NCBI RefSeq assembly: GCF_036365525.1 | Contig: NC_090406.1 | Location: 6,538,786-6,602,785 of the forward strand | Length of the DNA: 64,000 bases | From: Heterodontus francisci | Taxonomy: Eukaryota | Reading direction: 5' to 3' | Shown: piece after piece, positions 37,526-51,469 of the stretch | Numbering within the stretch: the first letter of the stretch is position 1 | How the letters are laid out: each line of letters begins with the position of its first letter | The notes under the pieces: model-generated | What the model saw: only the letters and a program-made list of their open reading frames with translations | The model's database searches: none | Told to the model about the DNA's origin: nothing | Translations under genes and position numbers: made by a program

Positions 37526-40500
37526 TACGCCTTCGATATATATTTCAACCTGAGGAGCAATAAGATTCTGGAAAGGGCAAAATCTAACAAAAGAGTCCAG
37601 AAACCACATGAAACAGTTGATGCTTATCTTGATGACCTTTACAGGCTGCCTGAAGGATGCAAATATGGAGACCTAAAAGCAGAATTAATATGAGACCACA
37701 TTGTAGTAAGTATTGCTGATGAATCCCTTTTGGATTTATTGCAGTCTTAAGGAAGACCTCACCCTAGACAAAGCAATACCGCTGGTGAGACAAGTAGAGG
37801 TCCGGAAAAGAACAGAGTAATGCTGACAGGTGAAGAAACCCTTGCTTCAGGAAACCTCCAGCGACTGTTCAGTTCTTTGAGGCTGTAAAAGAAGCACCAG
37901 AGAAAGGAGGTACACTGGGGGGGGGATGCAAGATGACATGAAACCCTGCCCAGCACTAAGGCACCAAAAAGACCCATAGGCACAAACAGCATCCAGCAAA
38001 CAAAGCAGAATGCTTCCACTGTAAGAAAATAGGGCATTTTGGGAAGATGTGCCAAAGTAAAATCTCTACTCACACAGTTTTGAAAGAAAAAGTCTTCACG
38101 CATAGAGCTGTTGTTGAAGTTGATAAATCAGAAAGCTTCCTTGGTGAAATCAATGACCCTAATCAAGCATTCTGGTCTGCAATACATATGTCAACAGACA
38201 GATCACTAATTTTAAAGTAGACATTGGAGCAAGTGTAATGGTTTTATCAGACAATGAACCATGGTTATCAACGCATTACCTGCAACCAGCAGAAACTCAG
38301 CTACATGGCCCAGGAGGGATTGAACTGAAAGTCAAAGGAAAGCTACAGGCAACACTCCAGTACAAGGGAAAGCAGATATTGGAAACGGTATATGTTCTAC
38401 GGAATCACGAATTCTCTCTCTTAAGCAGAGGAGCTTGTATTGAAAAGTGGAAGAAGTTACTTCCAGGAGTCACTTCCAAAAAGACTTTCCAAAATTATTT
38501 ACTGGTCTAGGAAGAGTTAAGACCGAATATAGTATTAAGTTGCAAAAAGATGCTAAACCTGTATGTCTTTAATGCCTAGGAAGATACCACACCCACTAAT
38601 GAAGCAAGTCCAACATCAGCTAGAAGAGATGACCAGGAAAGGAGTCATTTCTCCTGTCGCTGAACCTACAGAGTGATGCTCTGGAATGGTTCCAGTTTCT
38701 CAACTTAACGGTACTCTTCACATTTGTGTAGTCTTAACTTAATAAGGCTGTGGCAAGATAAGTTCATCCAAAGTCCTCAGTAGACGAAAGCTTGGCAAAG
38801 TTATCCAAAAATACCACGTTCACAAAGCTGGATGCGAAAAGTGGCTTTTGGCAAATTCAGTTGGATGAGGTCGAGGTTATTGACAACCTTCATCACTCCA
38901 TTCGGAAGATTTTGTTTTAATTGTTTACCATTCAGCATAACATCAGCACTGGAAATATTCCAAAGAACTATGTCGAACATTTTACAGGGCCTCAAAAGAA
39001 TAATCTGCTATGTGGAAGAGATCTTAGTCCACGGTGAATTCACTGAACGACATGACCTGAGGGTTAGAGCAGTTTCGAATAATCTACAAGGGAAGGCCTG
39101 GCACTTCATGAAAAGTGTGAATTCTCGAAAACTTCTGTTCATTTCTTAGGACACATTGTCAATTGCAAGGGCATAATGGCTGATCTGCAAAAGACGAGAG
39201 CCATTAGTGAATTCCCACTTCCTACTTCTGTCCAAGGTCTTCAACGGTTCCTTGGAATGGTAAAATGTTTACCCAATCTAGCGCAAGTTACTCAATCCTT
39301 AAGACAACTATTAAGGAAAGCTCAAGCATTGTGTTGGGATGCACATCAGGAGCAAGCATTGCAAAGGATCCAGGAAATGCTGATATCGCCAGATACCTTA
39401 GCACATTATAAAGTCCTTACTACTGGCCATAATTGCAGCAGATTCCTCATTTACAGGGTTAGGGGCACTCTTTTTTTTCAAGAACAACCGGATAGATGTC
39501 AAAGACTGGTTTATTATGCATATAGAGCATTGACTGAGACAAGGGACACCATCATAGAGAAAGAAGATCTTGCAGTCACGCGGGCTTGTGAGAAGTTCCC
39601 AGATTTTATTAGCAGCTTAAAGGTGGTCATAGAGACCACAAACCCTTAGTTTCCTTACACGATGAAAAGGAACTGACTAGGCTGCCTCTGAAAATCCAGA
39701 GATTCCGGTCGAGACTAATGAGATTCACGTACGAAACTGTATATGTACAGGACAAGCTACAAACGACAGCAGATGCATTGTCCAGAGCTACTGTCAACCA
39801 TCCTACACAACAGGATATTAACTTTACTAATGAGATTGAGTCATATTCTCAGTTCACTGCATTACAATGGCCGGCAAGCTCAAAAAAGCTCCAAGAAATT
39901 CATTATGCTCATATGCAAGATGAGGAATGCACCTGTATCCGCCAATATTGCACACACAGTTGGCCGCAGCAGCGTCCCAGTAGTAAGATGATTAACATCT
40001 TCTTTGAAAATGAAAACACTTTATGATTGTGGATGATTTGCTGCTCTATGACGAAAGCCTGGTGATTCTAGATTCACTACGGGTAGACGTCTTGGAGAAA
40101 ATACACCAGGGCCACATGGGTATAACAAAATGCAGAGTACAAGCTCAGTCATCCGTGTGGTGGCTGGGAATATCGAGAGATATCGAAGAAATTATTTCTA
40201 ATTGCCAGGTAAGCGCCGTGCACAGACAGAATCAGTGGGAACCCCTTATCTCGACCCAATTTCCAACCAGACTGTGGGAACGTCTGGGGATGGATCTATT
40301 CATGTTTAATGGAAAATCCTACCTGATAGTCATCGACTATTTTTAAGGTGAATTGAACTCAAATATTTGTACACAATGACTACTGAGACAGTCATTTGAG
40401 CTTTATCGAAGATCTTGGCAACACTTTTCACTCCTGACCAGATAGTTTCTGATAAGGGACCGCAATTGGCAAATGACTACTTTATGCACTTTGCAGAAAA

Positions 40501-41214
40501 CTGTGGATTTGTACATCTTACAAGTTTCCCTGGATATCTTCAATCTAATGGGGAAGCTGAGAGAGGAGTCAGAACTATCAAAGCAATGTTAAAGAAGAAT
40601 GAAGATTTTCAAACAGCACTCCTAAACTATAACTCTACTGTTGATGAATGAAGCTCAAAACACAACTTCCCATTCTACCCAAACAATTACTACCAAGGCT
40701 AGATGTCCAGGATTATCAGAGAGTTCAAGACAGAGAAAAGTCTTACTGAAAGCAACAAGCTTTTAATTATAATAGGAAATATTGTATCAGGAACCTACCT
40801 AAGTTGATGGAAGGAGAAAGGTATGGGTACGAGACCAAGACAGAGAAGAAGTAATCATCCAGAGAGATGATAATCAACAGAGATCGTATTTAGTACTTCA
40901 GAAGGTACTATAAGAAGAAACATGAGAAATCTTATTTCTATTCATCAATGACGTCAATCAGTCATACGTTTGGACAAACCAGATGTGAACCTGAGATTCA
41001 GAAAACATTGGATACTACAAGCTTCAATGAAGGTACCGCATCTGACAACACCACGATCAGGGAGAGTTGTGAAGCCTCTTGGCAGATTGAATCTGTGATG
41101 TCGGAGACTTGGGGGGCGGGGAGGGAGATGGGGTAGTATGTAAAAATATATATATATTTATGGATAAAGACTTGGATGTTGTATAAGGGTTTGAAAGGGT
41201 TAATGTTTGAGACA

Positions 41215-42106
41215 AAAACAAGAAATGCTGGAACCACTCAGCAGGTCTGGCAGCATCTGTGAAAAGAGAAGCAGAGTTAACGTTTCGGGTCAGTGACCCT
41301 TCTTTGGAACTGACAAATATTAGAAAAGTCACAGGTTATAAGCAAGTGAGGTGGGGGTGGGGCAAGAGATAACAAAGGAGGTGTAGATTGGACCAGGCCA
41401 CATAGCTGACCAAAAGGTCACGGAGCAAAGGCAAACAATATGTTAATGGTGTGTTGAAAGACAAAGCATTAGTACAGATTAAGTGTTAGTGCACTGAATA
41501 TTGAACAACAAGTGCAAACCTGAAAAAAAAAAAGTGGGTACGCAAACTGAACAAACTAAGATGAAATGAAATAAATGCAAAAAAAAAAGATTGTAAAAAA
41601 TGTAAAAAAAAAGAAAAATAAATAACTAAAAATGAAAGTAAAATGGGGGGGCTGTCATGCTCTGACATTCTTTTTTACATTTTTTACAATCTTTTTTTTT
41701 TTGCATTTATTTCATTTCATCTTAGTTTGTTCAGTTTGCTTACCCACTTTTTTTTTTTCAGGTTTGCACTTGCTGTTCAATATTCAGTGCACGAACACTT
41801 AATCTGTACTAATGCTTTGTCTTTCAACACACCATTAACATATTGTTTGCCTTTGCTCCGTGACCTTTTGGTCAGCTATGTGGCCTGGTCCAATCTATAC
41901 CTCCTTTGTTATCTCTTGCCCCACCCCCACCTCACTTGCTTATAACCTGTGACTTTTCTAATATTTGTCAGTTCCAAAGAAGGGTCACTGACCCGAAACG
42001 TTAACTCTGCTTCTCTTTTCACAGATGCTGCCAGACCTGCTGAGTGGTTCCAGCATTTCTTGTTTTTATTTCAGATTTCCAGCATCCGCAGTATTTTGCT
42101 TTTATT
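41215..42106. mobile_element. Penelope-like fold-back insertion (~400-bp near-perfect inverted arms plus 3' tail)
   Basis: 41215-41610 is the reverse complement of ~41668-42066; 15-bp TSD ttaatgtttgagaca (41200-41214 / 42107-42121). Confidence 0.85.
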
Positions 42107-42315
42107 TTAATGTTTGAGACAGTGTGAGGAATACCTGCCATCACAATGAGGCAAGAAATCACATGTGACAGAGACTTGAAGCTTCAGAAGCCATACAGAC
42201 TTATGTAAAGCTGTATATAGTTAAAATGTAATAAACGATTTAATGTTAAAATTACTGAAGACTCAGTAATCTCTCCTAGCTGGACTAACCAAACCTACAA
42301 TGGTGGCAGACTAAC

Positions 42316-45300
42316 TGTAGTATAAGGGTTAATCTTGAGAGAATATAAAGATTACTGCCCACTAGGATGAGATAACAGATCATGTGGGAGAGACTCAAGA
42401 GCAGTTACAGTGTGGCTTTTGAAGGAGACACACAGGCTAGTGTGGAGTGTATATAATTACTGTACAAAAAGATTAATGTTTAAACAGAACCGCTCTGGCT
42501 AGACGCTATACGGTGGCAGCATAAAGAACCAAATATATAATATGGTGAACAGCGCTGGATACGAAGTTCAATACCCAGAAGAGAAAATTTGAAGCAACAA
42601 TCATCCTTCAGACAGAATAGAAGAAACTTTAAAACAAGTAGCGGAAGGGAAAAAACAAATTACATATCGTAGAAGGTGGAGAAAAGCTCCATAGAACAGA
42701 AGTGTGGCTGAAAAGCAAGCGATCGGGTGAATCATTGTGCTGATGATTGAGAAATCCCGTTTTAAAAAAAATATATAAAATATAAAAAAGCAAATGAAAC
42801 ACTGTCAAGCACCTGCTACACTCCATCAAAGCAAGCTAGCCCAAAAATTGAAGAGTTTCTTAAAATGGAACACGTTTAAAAAGTCTTTAAATTTTTTTTA
42901 AATGGATCAAAAATTGGGAGTGCCAGTGTTTCAAAAGTCACGAGGGACCCAATCAGATTCAAGACTGGGTACTATGGAGGGAAAAGTTCCTCAGATGCAC
43001 AATTGCATCAAAATTGGACAGCAAGTCCGAAACACAGCAAGTCAATACATTATATTTAATTGGTGCTTTAGCTGATATCATAGCAAGCCAATGCATTGAT
43101 GAAATATCAGCCAAATTCAATGAAGTCTTAAAAGCTTGTGATTCCTACTTCGATTTGTGCAGCAATAACAGACCAATCCCGTGAAGTGAGAAAAGACCTT
43201 GGTTCAGGAACCCTCCTGTAACTGTTCAGTTCCTTCACCAGAGGGATGAACAAGAGGCACCAAGAAAAAAGGTACACTTGGGTGGGGGGGGGGGGGGATT
43301 TTTTTGCAGAAAATTAGGGCATTTCAGTAAGATGTGCTGAAATAAAATCTCGACTACCTCAACCTCTAAACGGAAAGTTAAGAATAGAGAGATAAATGAA
43401 GTTACGCAACCTCCTGCAGCAGACCAATCAAAATATTTTCTGGGTGAAATCAATGATCCAAAATATGCATTTTGGTCATCAGACATGTATGTCAACGGAC
43501 ATATCACTAGTTTCAATCTCGACACCGGAGCAAGTGTGACGGTCCTGTCAGATAGAGAGCCATGGCTATCCACGCAGCTTCTGCAATCAACAGAAACTCA
43601 GTTACATGGTCCAGGAGGTGTTGTACTTGACGTAAAGGCGAAGTTACAAGCAGTGCTTCAATATAAGGGAAAGCAAATATTAGAAACACTGTGTCCTAAG
43701 CAATCAGGAGTTCTCGCTCTTAAGTAGAAGAGCTTGTATTGACCTTCGTAAGTTGAGATACTACAGGCACAGTGTAAGCATGTCCCCTCAAAGATAAAGG
43801 GTGGTGCTGCCAAATCTAGAGCCCCCTGGTTATCGAGAAGCTTACAGGGTAAGTTAAAGCAGAAAAAGAAAGCTTATGACGATCACAAAAATCTTAATAC
43901 TTTAGAAAGCCTAGAGGAGTATAGAAAGTGCAGGGGTGAAGTAAAAAAGGAAATTAGAAAAGCAAAGAGAGGGCATGAAAAATTATTGGCAGATAAAATC
44001 AAGGAAAACCCAAAGATGTTTTATCATATTAAGAGCAAGAGGATAACTAAGGAAAGGGTAGGGCCTATCCGAGATGTACAAGGGAACGTGGATGCAGAAG
44101 ATGTAGACAGGGTTCTTAATGAGATTTTTGTCTGTCTTCACAGGGGAGAAGGTTGATGTAGACATTGTAGTTAAAGAGAAGTGTGAAATATTAGAAAAGA
44201 TGAGCATAATGAGGGAGGAAGTACTAGAGGGTCTGACATGCTTGAAAGTGGATAAATCACCAGGGCCGGATGGATTGTATCCCAGGTTGTTAAAGAAAGC
44301 CAGGGAGTAAATAGCAGATGCGCTGAGGATCATCTTCAAATCCTCACTAGATACAGGAGAGGTACCAGACGATTGGAGGTCTGCGAACATTGTACCATTG
44401 TTTAAACAGGGTGCGAGGGATAGGCCAAATAATTACAGGACGGTCAGTCTGACCTCAGTGGTGGGTAAATGTTTAGAATCTATTGAGGGACAGGATAAAC
44501 TGCCACTTAGAAAGGCACGGATTAATCAGGGATAGTCAGCATGGATTTGTTAAGGGAAGGTCATGTCTTAGTAATTAATTGAGTTTTTTGAGGAAGTAAC
44601 TAGGAGGATTGATGAGGGTAGTGCAGTGGATGTGGTCTACATGGAATTTAGTAAGGCATTTAACAAGGTCCCGCATGACAGACTGGTCAGTAAAATGAAA
44701 GCTGATGGGATACAGGGGAATGTGACAGGTTGGATCCAGAATTGGCTCAGGGACAGGAAACAAAGAGTAGTAATCAGCGGATGTTTTTGCGAATGGAAAG
44801 CTGTTTTCTGTGGTATTCCACAGGGCTCAGTGTTGGGTCCCTTGCTGTTTGTGGTATATGTTAATGATTTGGACTTAAATGTGGGAGGCATGATTGGGAA
44901 ATTTGCCGATGATGCAAAAATTGACTCTGTAGTTGATCGTGGAGGATAGCTGTAGACTCCAGAAAGATATCAATGGTTTGGTTGAGTGGGTGGAAAAGTG
45001 GCAAATGGAATTCAATCCGGATGAGTGTGAGGTAATGCATTTGGGGAGGGCAAATAAAGAGAGGGCATACACAATAAACGGGAGGATATTGAGAGGGGTA
45101 GAAGAAGTGAGAGACCTTGGAGTACATGTCCACAGGTCCCTGAAGGTGGCAGAACAGGTAGATAAAGTGGTGAAGGCATATGGAATGCTTTTCTTTATTG
45201 GCCGAGGTATAGAATACAAAAGCAGGGATGTAATGCTGGAACTGTATAAAACGCTGGTTAAGCTACAGCTGGTGTATTGCGTGCAGTTCTGGTCACATTA

Positions 45301-47098
45301 CAGAAAGGGGTGTACAAAATTATGAGGGGCCTAGATAGAGTAGACAGGAAAGAGCTGTTTCCCCGAGTGGAGAGGTTAATTACCAGGGGACACAGATTTA
45401 AGGTGATTGGTAGAAGGATTAGAGGGGACATGAAAACCTTTTTCACCCAGAGGGTGGTGGGTGTCTGGAATTCACTGCCAGGAATGGTGGTGGAGGCAGA
45501 AACCCTCAATTCATTTAAAAGGTACCTGGAACTGCACCTGCACCTGAAGTGCTGTAACCTGCAGGGCTACGGATCAGGTGCTGGAAGGTGGGATTAGATT
45601 GGGCGGCTAGTTTTTTCAGCCGGCACGGACACAACGGGCTGAATGGCCTCCTTCTGTGCCATAATTTTTCCGTGGTTCGATATTCTAAAGAAAGTTGAAG
45701 AAACTCAAAGATTACCAGAGTGTGAAAGAGAAATGCAGCAAGTTCCTACAGGAGTGCTACACAGACAGAGAACTTGGGAAGAAGCAAGTCCAACAAAATT
45801 GTCAAGTACACAGACAAGGTTAAAGACAACCTCTACTTTCGACCCAATTCCCAACTAGACCGTGGGAACGGTTGGCGATGGATTTATTCTTCTCTGAGGG
45901 AAGATCCTATCTAATTATAGTTGATTACTTCTCAAGATGGATTGAAGTTAAGCGGATGTGCACAACAACAACTGAAGTAGTCATCAGCGTTTTACAAGAT
46001 GTTTTCACACCACATGGTATACCTGATCAGATAGTATCTGATAATGGACCACAATTTGCAAATGATTACTTCATGCACTTTGCAGAAGAATGTGGATTTG
46101 TTCACCTAAAAAATCCTCTAAGTATCCACAATCAAATCGAGAAGTGGAGTGAGCAGTCAGAACCATTTAAACTATGTTGATGAAAAATCAAGATTTCCAA
46201 TTAGCACAACTGACAGACAGAACTACTCCATTATTGTGTGGATTAGCACCATCAGAACTCTTAATGGGAAGAAAACTTCGAACACCTTCCAATTCTACCC
46301 AAGAAATTACTTCCAGGATTGCAAAGCAAGGATTATCAGAAAGTACAAGACAAAGAAAAGTCATATCAAACAAACAGACCCCTAATTATAACAAGATAGC
46401 GTACGAGAAACCTACCAAAGTTGTCAGAAGGGCAAAAAGCATGGGTACGAGACCAAAATAGAGAAGGGGTAATTCTCCAGAAAGACGACAATCAACAGCA
46501 ATGTTATCTAGTACGAACTAGAAATAGAAGGAATCTTATTCCTTTTTACATCAAAGATGTCAATCAGTCATATACTTAGAAGACTCAGATGATGAACCGA
46601 GAATTCAAAATGCACTAAATGCTCCAAACCTCAACAAAGGCCATCCAAGTCAAGAAACAAGGGATCAAAGAAAGATTACCAATCTTTCACACCTGACGAC
46701 AAGATCAGGGAGCGTTGTGAAGCCTCCAGACAGGTTGAATCTATGAAGTCAGAGACTTGGGAAGAGATGGGGTAACATGTAAATAAAAAAAGTGAATGTA
46801 TGTAAATATATATTGGGATAAAGACTTGGCGGGGGGGGTGGGGTGGAGATGTAGTATAAGGGTCTCAAAGGGTTAATCTTGAGAGAACGTAAAGATTATC
46901 ACCCACCTGGATGAGGTAAGAGATCACGTGGGAGAGACTGCAGAACAGATACAGCATGGCTTTTGAAGGAGACACACAGGCTAATGTGGAGTGTATATAG
47001 TTACTATACAATAAAAATTAATGTTTAAGCAATACAGTCTAAAAACCTGTCTAGCTAGACTCTACAGGGTGGTAGCATAAAGAACCAAATATATAACA
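42316..47098 (+). mobile_element. Gypsy LTR retrotransposon 2, internally deleted (RT/RH missing), both LTRs present
   Basis: 5' LTR 42316-42542, PBS-like tggtg at 42543, protease LDTGASV, integrase IVDYFSRW/IVSDNGPQF, G-rich PPT 46828-46849, 3' LTR 46850-47098, 5-bp TSD ctaac (42311-42315 / 47099-47103). Confidence 0.92.
43751..45680 (+). mobile_element. CR1 LINE inserted in Gypsy element 2
   Basis: [36 protein letters not shown] motifs. Confidence 0.9.
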
Positions 47099-47889
47099 CT
47101 AACCAAAGATAGAATAGTTCCTGAAGGTGAATTTGCTCTGAGAACTCACCAACAGGGTAACGCTTCGTGCCGTACAGGTGAAAGCTTTCCTGCTGCTCGA
47201 TTCTAAATATTCTGGTGCTCAGTCAGAAGCATGTCATTTGGTGATGTTCTGATGCTCTGTCGCCCTCTTGTGTTTTTGCTTAAACATCAAACTTTCCTCC
47301 TCTGAGTTACCAGCATTGATCCTGTTTTAGAATGCTGTGTCAGCAACATTTTAGGCCATAAATTTGGCACTTCAGTTGTACAGATTTGGTCCCTCCATCC
47401 ATGATAGTTTATTTTTAAAGCTCCCTCTATTAAATCCTCCGAATGCCTTCTGTTCTATGATAGGGTAGTAACTCTGCATTCCTAAAGGTTTGATCAAGTG
47501 ATGATCTGACAATGTGAAGCCTGATTGTGACGTCTGACTGTGTAACATCGACTCGCGTGATGTTTGACTGCTTTATGTCTGACCATCTGACAGCTAAACA
47601 TGTTATTGCACTAACTTTATAACAGTCAGGTCCCCTATCATTGAGTATTTTTGCTTGATTTGCCTCAGCCGCTGTTATTTGAGAAGTTCACGGGGGCACC
47701 CGTGAGCAGGGCGAGGGGAAACCAAGAGGGTGAGCGAGGGAGCGAATCACAGAGCGGAAACCAGAGATGAAATCAAATTTGATTCTCCGGTAACCACTGA
47801 AATTACGCTGATAACCAATAGTAATGCTAGTAACCAAATAATTCACATTTATTATGACCAGAGTATCAGTAATGTGTTGTGGCTGAGTT

Positions 47890-48245
47890 ATTTATTTACT
47901 TTAGAGATACAGCACTGAAACAGGCCCTTCGGCCCACTGAGTCTGTGCCGACCATCAACCACCCGTTTATACTAATCCTACAGTAATCCCATATTCCCTA
48001 CCACATCCCCACCATTCTCCTACCACATCCCCACCATTCTCCTACCACCTACCTACACTAGGGGCAATTTACAATGGCCAATTTAGCTATCACCTGCAAG
48101 TCTTTGGCTGTGGGAGGAAACTGGAGCACCCGGCGGAAACCCACGCGATCACAGGGAGAACTTGCAAACTCCGCATTGGCAGTCCCCAGAACTGAACCCG
48201 GGTCACTGGAGCTGTGAGGCTGCAGTGCTAACCACTGTACCGCCC
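47890..48245 (-). mobile_element. HE1-like V-SINE inserted in the head of a Deu-SINE
   Basis: Same family as 18503-18854; flanks gtggctgag / tggtaacactctcgc rejoin as a SINE A-box region. Confidence 0.85.
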
Positions 48246-48680
48246 AATGGTAACACTCTCGCTTCTGAGTCAGAAGGTTGTGGGTTCCAGGACCTGAGCA
48301 CAAAAATTAACGTTGACACTCCAGAGCAGTACTGAGGGGGTGCTGCACTGTCGGAGGTGCCGACTTCCAGATGAGACATTGAACCGAGGCCCCATCTGCC
48401 CTCTCAGGTGGACATAAACTATTTCATGGCCATTATTTCAAAGAGGAGCAGGGAGTTCTCCCCAGTGTCCTGGTCAATATTTATTCATCAACCAATATCA
48501 TTAAAAACAGAGTAACTGGCCATTATCACATTTCTGTTTGTGGGAGCTTGCTGTGTACAAATAACCTGCCGCATTTCCTACATTATAATAGTCTGCACTT
48601 CAGAAGGACTTCATTGGCTGCAAAGTCCTTTGAGACAGCCAGTGGTCGTGGAAAGTGCTATAGAAATGCAAGCTTTTCTT
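48246..48680 (+). mobile_element. Deu-SINE (SacSINE1-like)
   Basis: cagatgagacattgaaccgaggcccc Deu-domain-like core; tail gtgctatagaaatgcaag. Confidence 0.72.
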
Positions 48681-49489
48681 TTTAAAATAATACCTGTAAC
48701 TAGTCGTGATCCTTTTAACTCCTTGATATTAACCCTGAAACCATAGCCTGAATTCCCCTGCATTGAACAAGGCCTCTTCAGGTCCCTCAGTTGATGCCAC
48801 TGGCCCCATCTCTCCTTAGATTCTGGTTTGGACTTTGCTTCCATGTGACAACTGTGAGCCGGGAGTCCCAGTCACACGTCAGAACCAGCTGGTATAGACT
48901 GACCTGAACCCAACCGAGAGATCACACCAAGGGCAGCAGGACGTGGATGTTTAGGGCACTTTCCGCCAGGCTCGTCCTCCTAAACCCAGCCAAGCAGCAA
49001 CATTTCCAAACCACTCCCTGGGCTCAGATTCAATAGAGTTTCCATCGAAATTGTAGTATAGGAGGAGGCCATTCGTCCCCCAGTGCTGATGGACCCTCCT
49101 GTAACACCATTCCCTTCATCCCAGCTCATTTTATATTCCTCCTTTTCAAATATTTAGCCCTTTCCCTTTTTAAATTATGTTTTAGTCTCTCCGTCAATAG
49201 CAATTTGTGGTGAAGCCTCCCATGTTCCAATAGCGCTCAATTCAAGAGACTTTGTTCTCCCTTAATTTTCACAATAGAAATCCTTGGCCATTATCCCATC
49301 ACTGTTTCTGGGAGCTTGCTGTGTGCAAATTGGCTGTTGCAGTTCCTACATTACAACAGCAATGACACTTCAAAATTATTTAATTGCTGGTAGGGGGCTT
49401 TGAGACATTGTGAAAGACGTAGTGTTTCTACCTATTCATCTGTCTCCTTTCCTTCTCTGTCTCTCCCTTTCACTTTCATGAGCCTCTCT

Positions 49490-49795
49490 TGTACAACAGC
49501 ACCTTCCAAACCTGCGCCCTCTACCACCTAGAAAACAAGGGCAACAGGTGCATGGGAACACCACCACCTGCAAGTTCCTCTCCGAGTCACACACCATTCT
49601 GAATTGGAAATGTATCATCGTTCCTTCATCATCACTGGGTCAAAATCCTGGAACTTCCTCCCTGACAACACTGTGGGTTTACCTACTCCACATGGACTGC
49701 AATAGTTCAACTTCTTCACCTTCTCAAGGGCAATTAGGGATGGACAATAAATGCTGGCCTTGCCAGTGATGCTCACATCCCATGAACAAAAAAAT
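49490..49795 (+). mobile_element. LINE 3' fragment of a second (CR1-group) family; related copies at ~60720-61105 (+) and ~63465-63720 (-)
   Basis: Shared cagcaccttccaaacc...caccacctgcaagttcctctcc...aaatgctggc.ttgcca blocks. Confidence 0.6.
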
Positions 49796-50215
49796 ACTAA
49801 CTACAAGTTCACTCAAAGGGTTGTGAATCTTTGGAATTCTCTACCCCACAGAGCTGTGGATGCTCAGTCATTGAGTGTATTCAGGACAGAGATCAATAGA
49901 GTTTTGGATACTAAGGGGATTAAGGGATGTGAGGATAGTGTAGGAAGGTGCAGTTGAGATAGAAGATCAGATATTATCTTATTGAATGGCACAGCAGACT
50001 CAAATGACCAAGTTGCCTACTCCAGCTTCAATTTCTTATGTTCTTATAATAGGTCTGTGTTTCTACCCAATTTTATCTTTGTTAACAACCAAAGTCTGGT
50101 TCAAAGAAATTATTCTTTGACAGAAACCAACTTACCAGCTTGGAAAATCTAGAACAGCGCCTGCAGGAGTAATGCAACAAGGCTCTTGTATTGACCCACT
50201 TTAGAGCATATTCCT

Positions 50216-51079
<864 letters not shown>

Positions 51080-51148
51080 TCAATGCATCTGCTGTAATAA
51101 TTTGCAGTTGTGAAGTCTCCCTTGTGTCACACCCCTACCCCATCACCA

Positions 51149-51154
51149 TTTATA
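51149..51154 (-). promoter_or_regulatory. TATA box of TSSK6 copy A
   Basis: catgtcTATAAAtgg on the minus strand ~120 nt upstream of the ATG; the same 15-mer lies upstream of copy B. Confidence 0.7.
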
Positions 51155-51456
51155 GACATGTGCCTAGAAATGCTTTCAAAAATATTGATTGCATTAACTT
51201 TGCAGTGAAATATAAATTGATTTGCCACTTCCAGCCATCAACCAGACTCCCTTCACCCGTGCTTTCCAAAATCGCCAACTCTTTGTGACCTCAAAGGAAT
51301 GCACTCCATTCACTCCAAGACACAAACAAGTTCGCTTTTGCTTCAAGGGGGGGAAAAAAGTAAGGGATTCATCTGCAATACTCATGCTAAAAATAGAATA
51401 TGTAATAGGTAAATGTGACGTGTTTGTTTCTGCATTTCACTGGTGGGGGTGACCAC

Positions 51457-51469
51457 TGACCTTTGACCT
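51457..51469 (-). promoter_or_regulatory. Perfect DR1 nuclear-receptor element upstream of TSSK6 copy A
   Basis: + strand TGACCTTTGACCT = AGGTCA-A-AGGTCA; degenerate counterpart tgatctttgagct at 63190-63202 upstream of copy B. Confidence 0.5.

Larger units (their letters stand above)
36080..42315 (+). mobile_element. Decayed Gypsy LTR retrotransposon 1 (gag-PR-RT-RH-INT and 3' LTR from 41177; 5' LTR not seen)
   Basis: gag CKYGDLKAELI, protease DIGASV, RT TTFITPFGRFCF, ADALSRA, integrase HQGHMGITKC and IVSDKGPQ; integrase after RT/RH gives Gypsy order. Confidence 0.88.

Noticed and set aside
38238-40651. Domesticated Gypsy-derived host gene
   Set aside because: Many stops and frameshifts, and RT catalytic motif degraded (YVEE); decayed element
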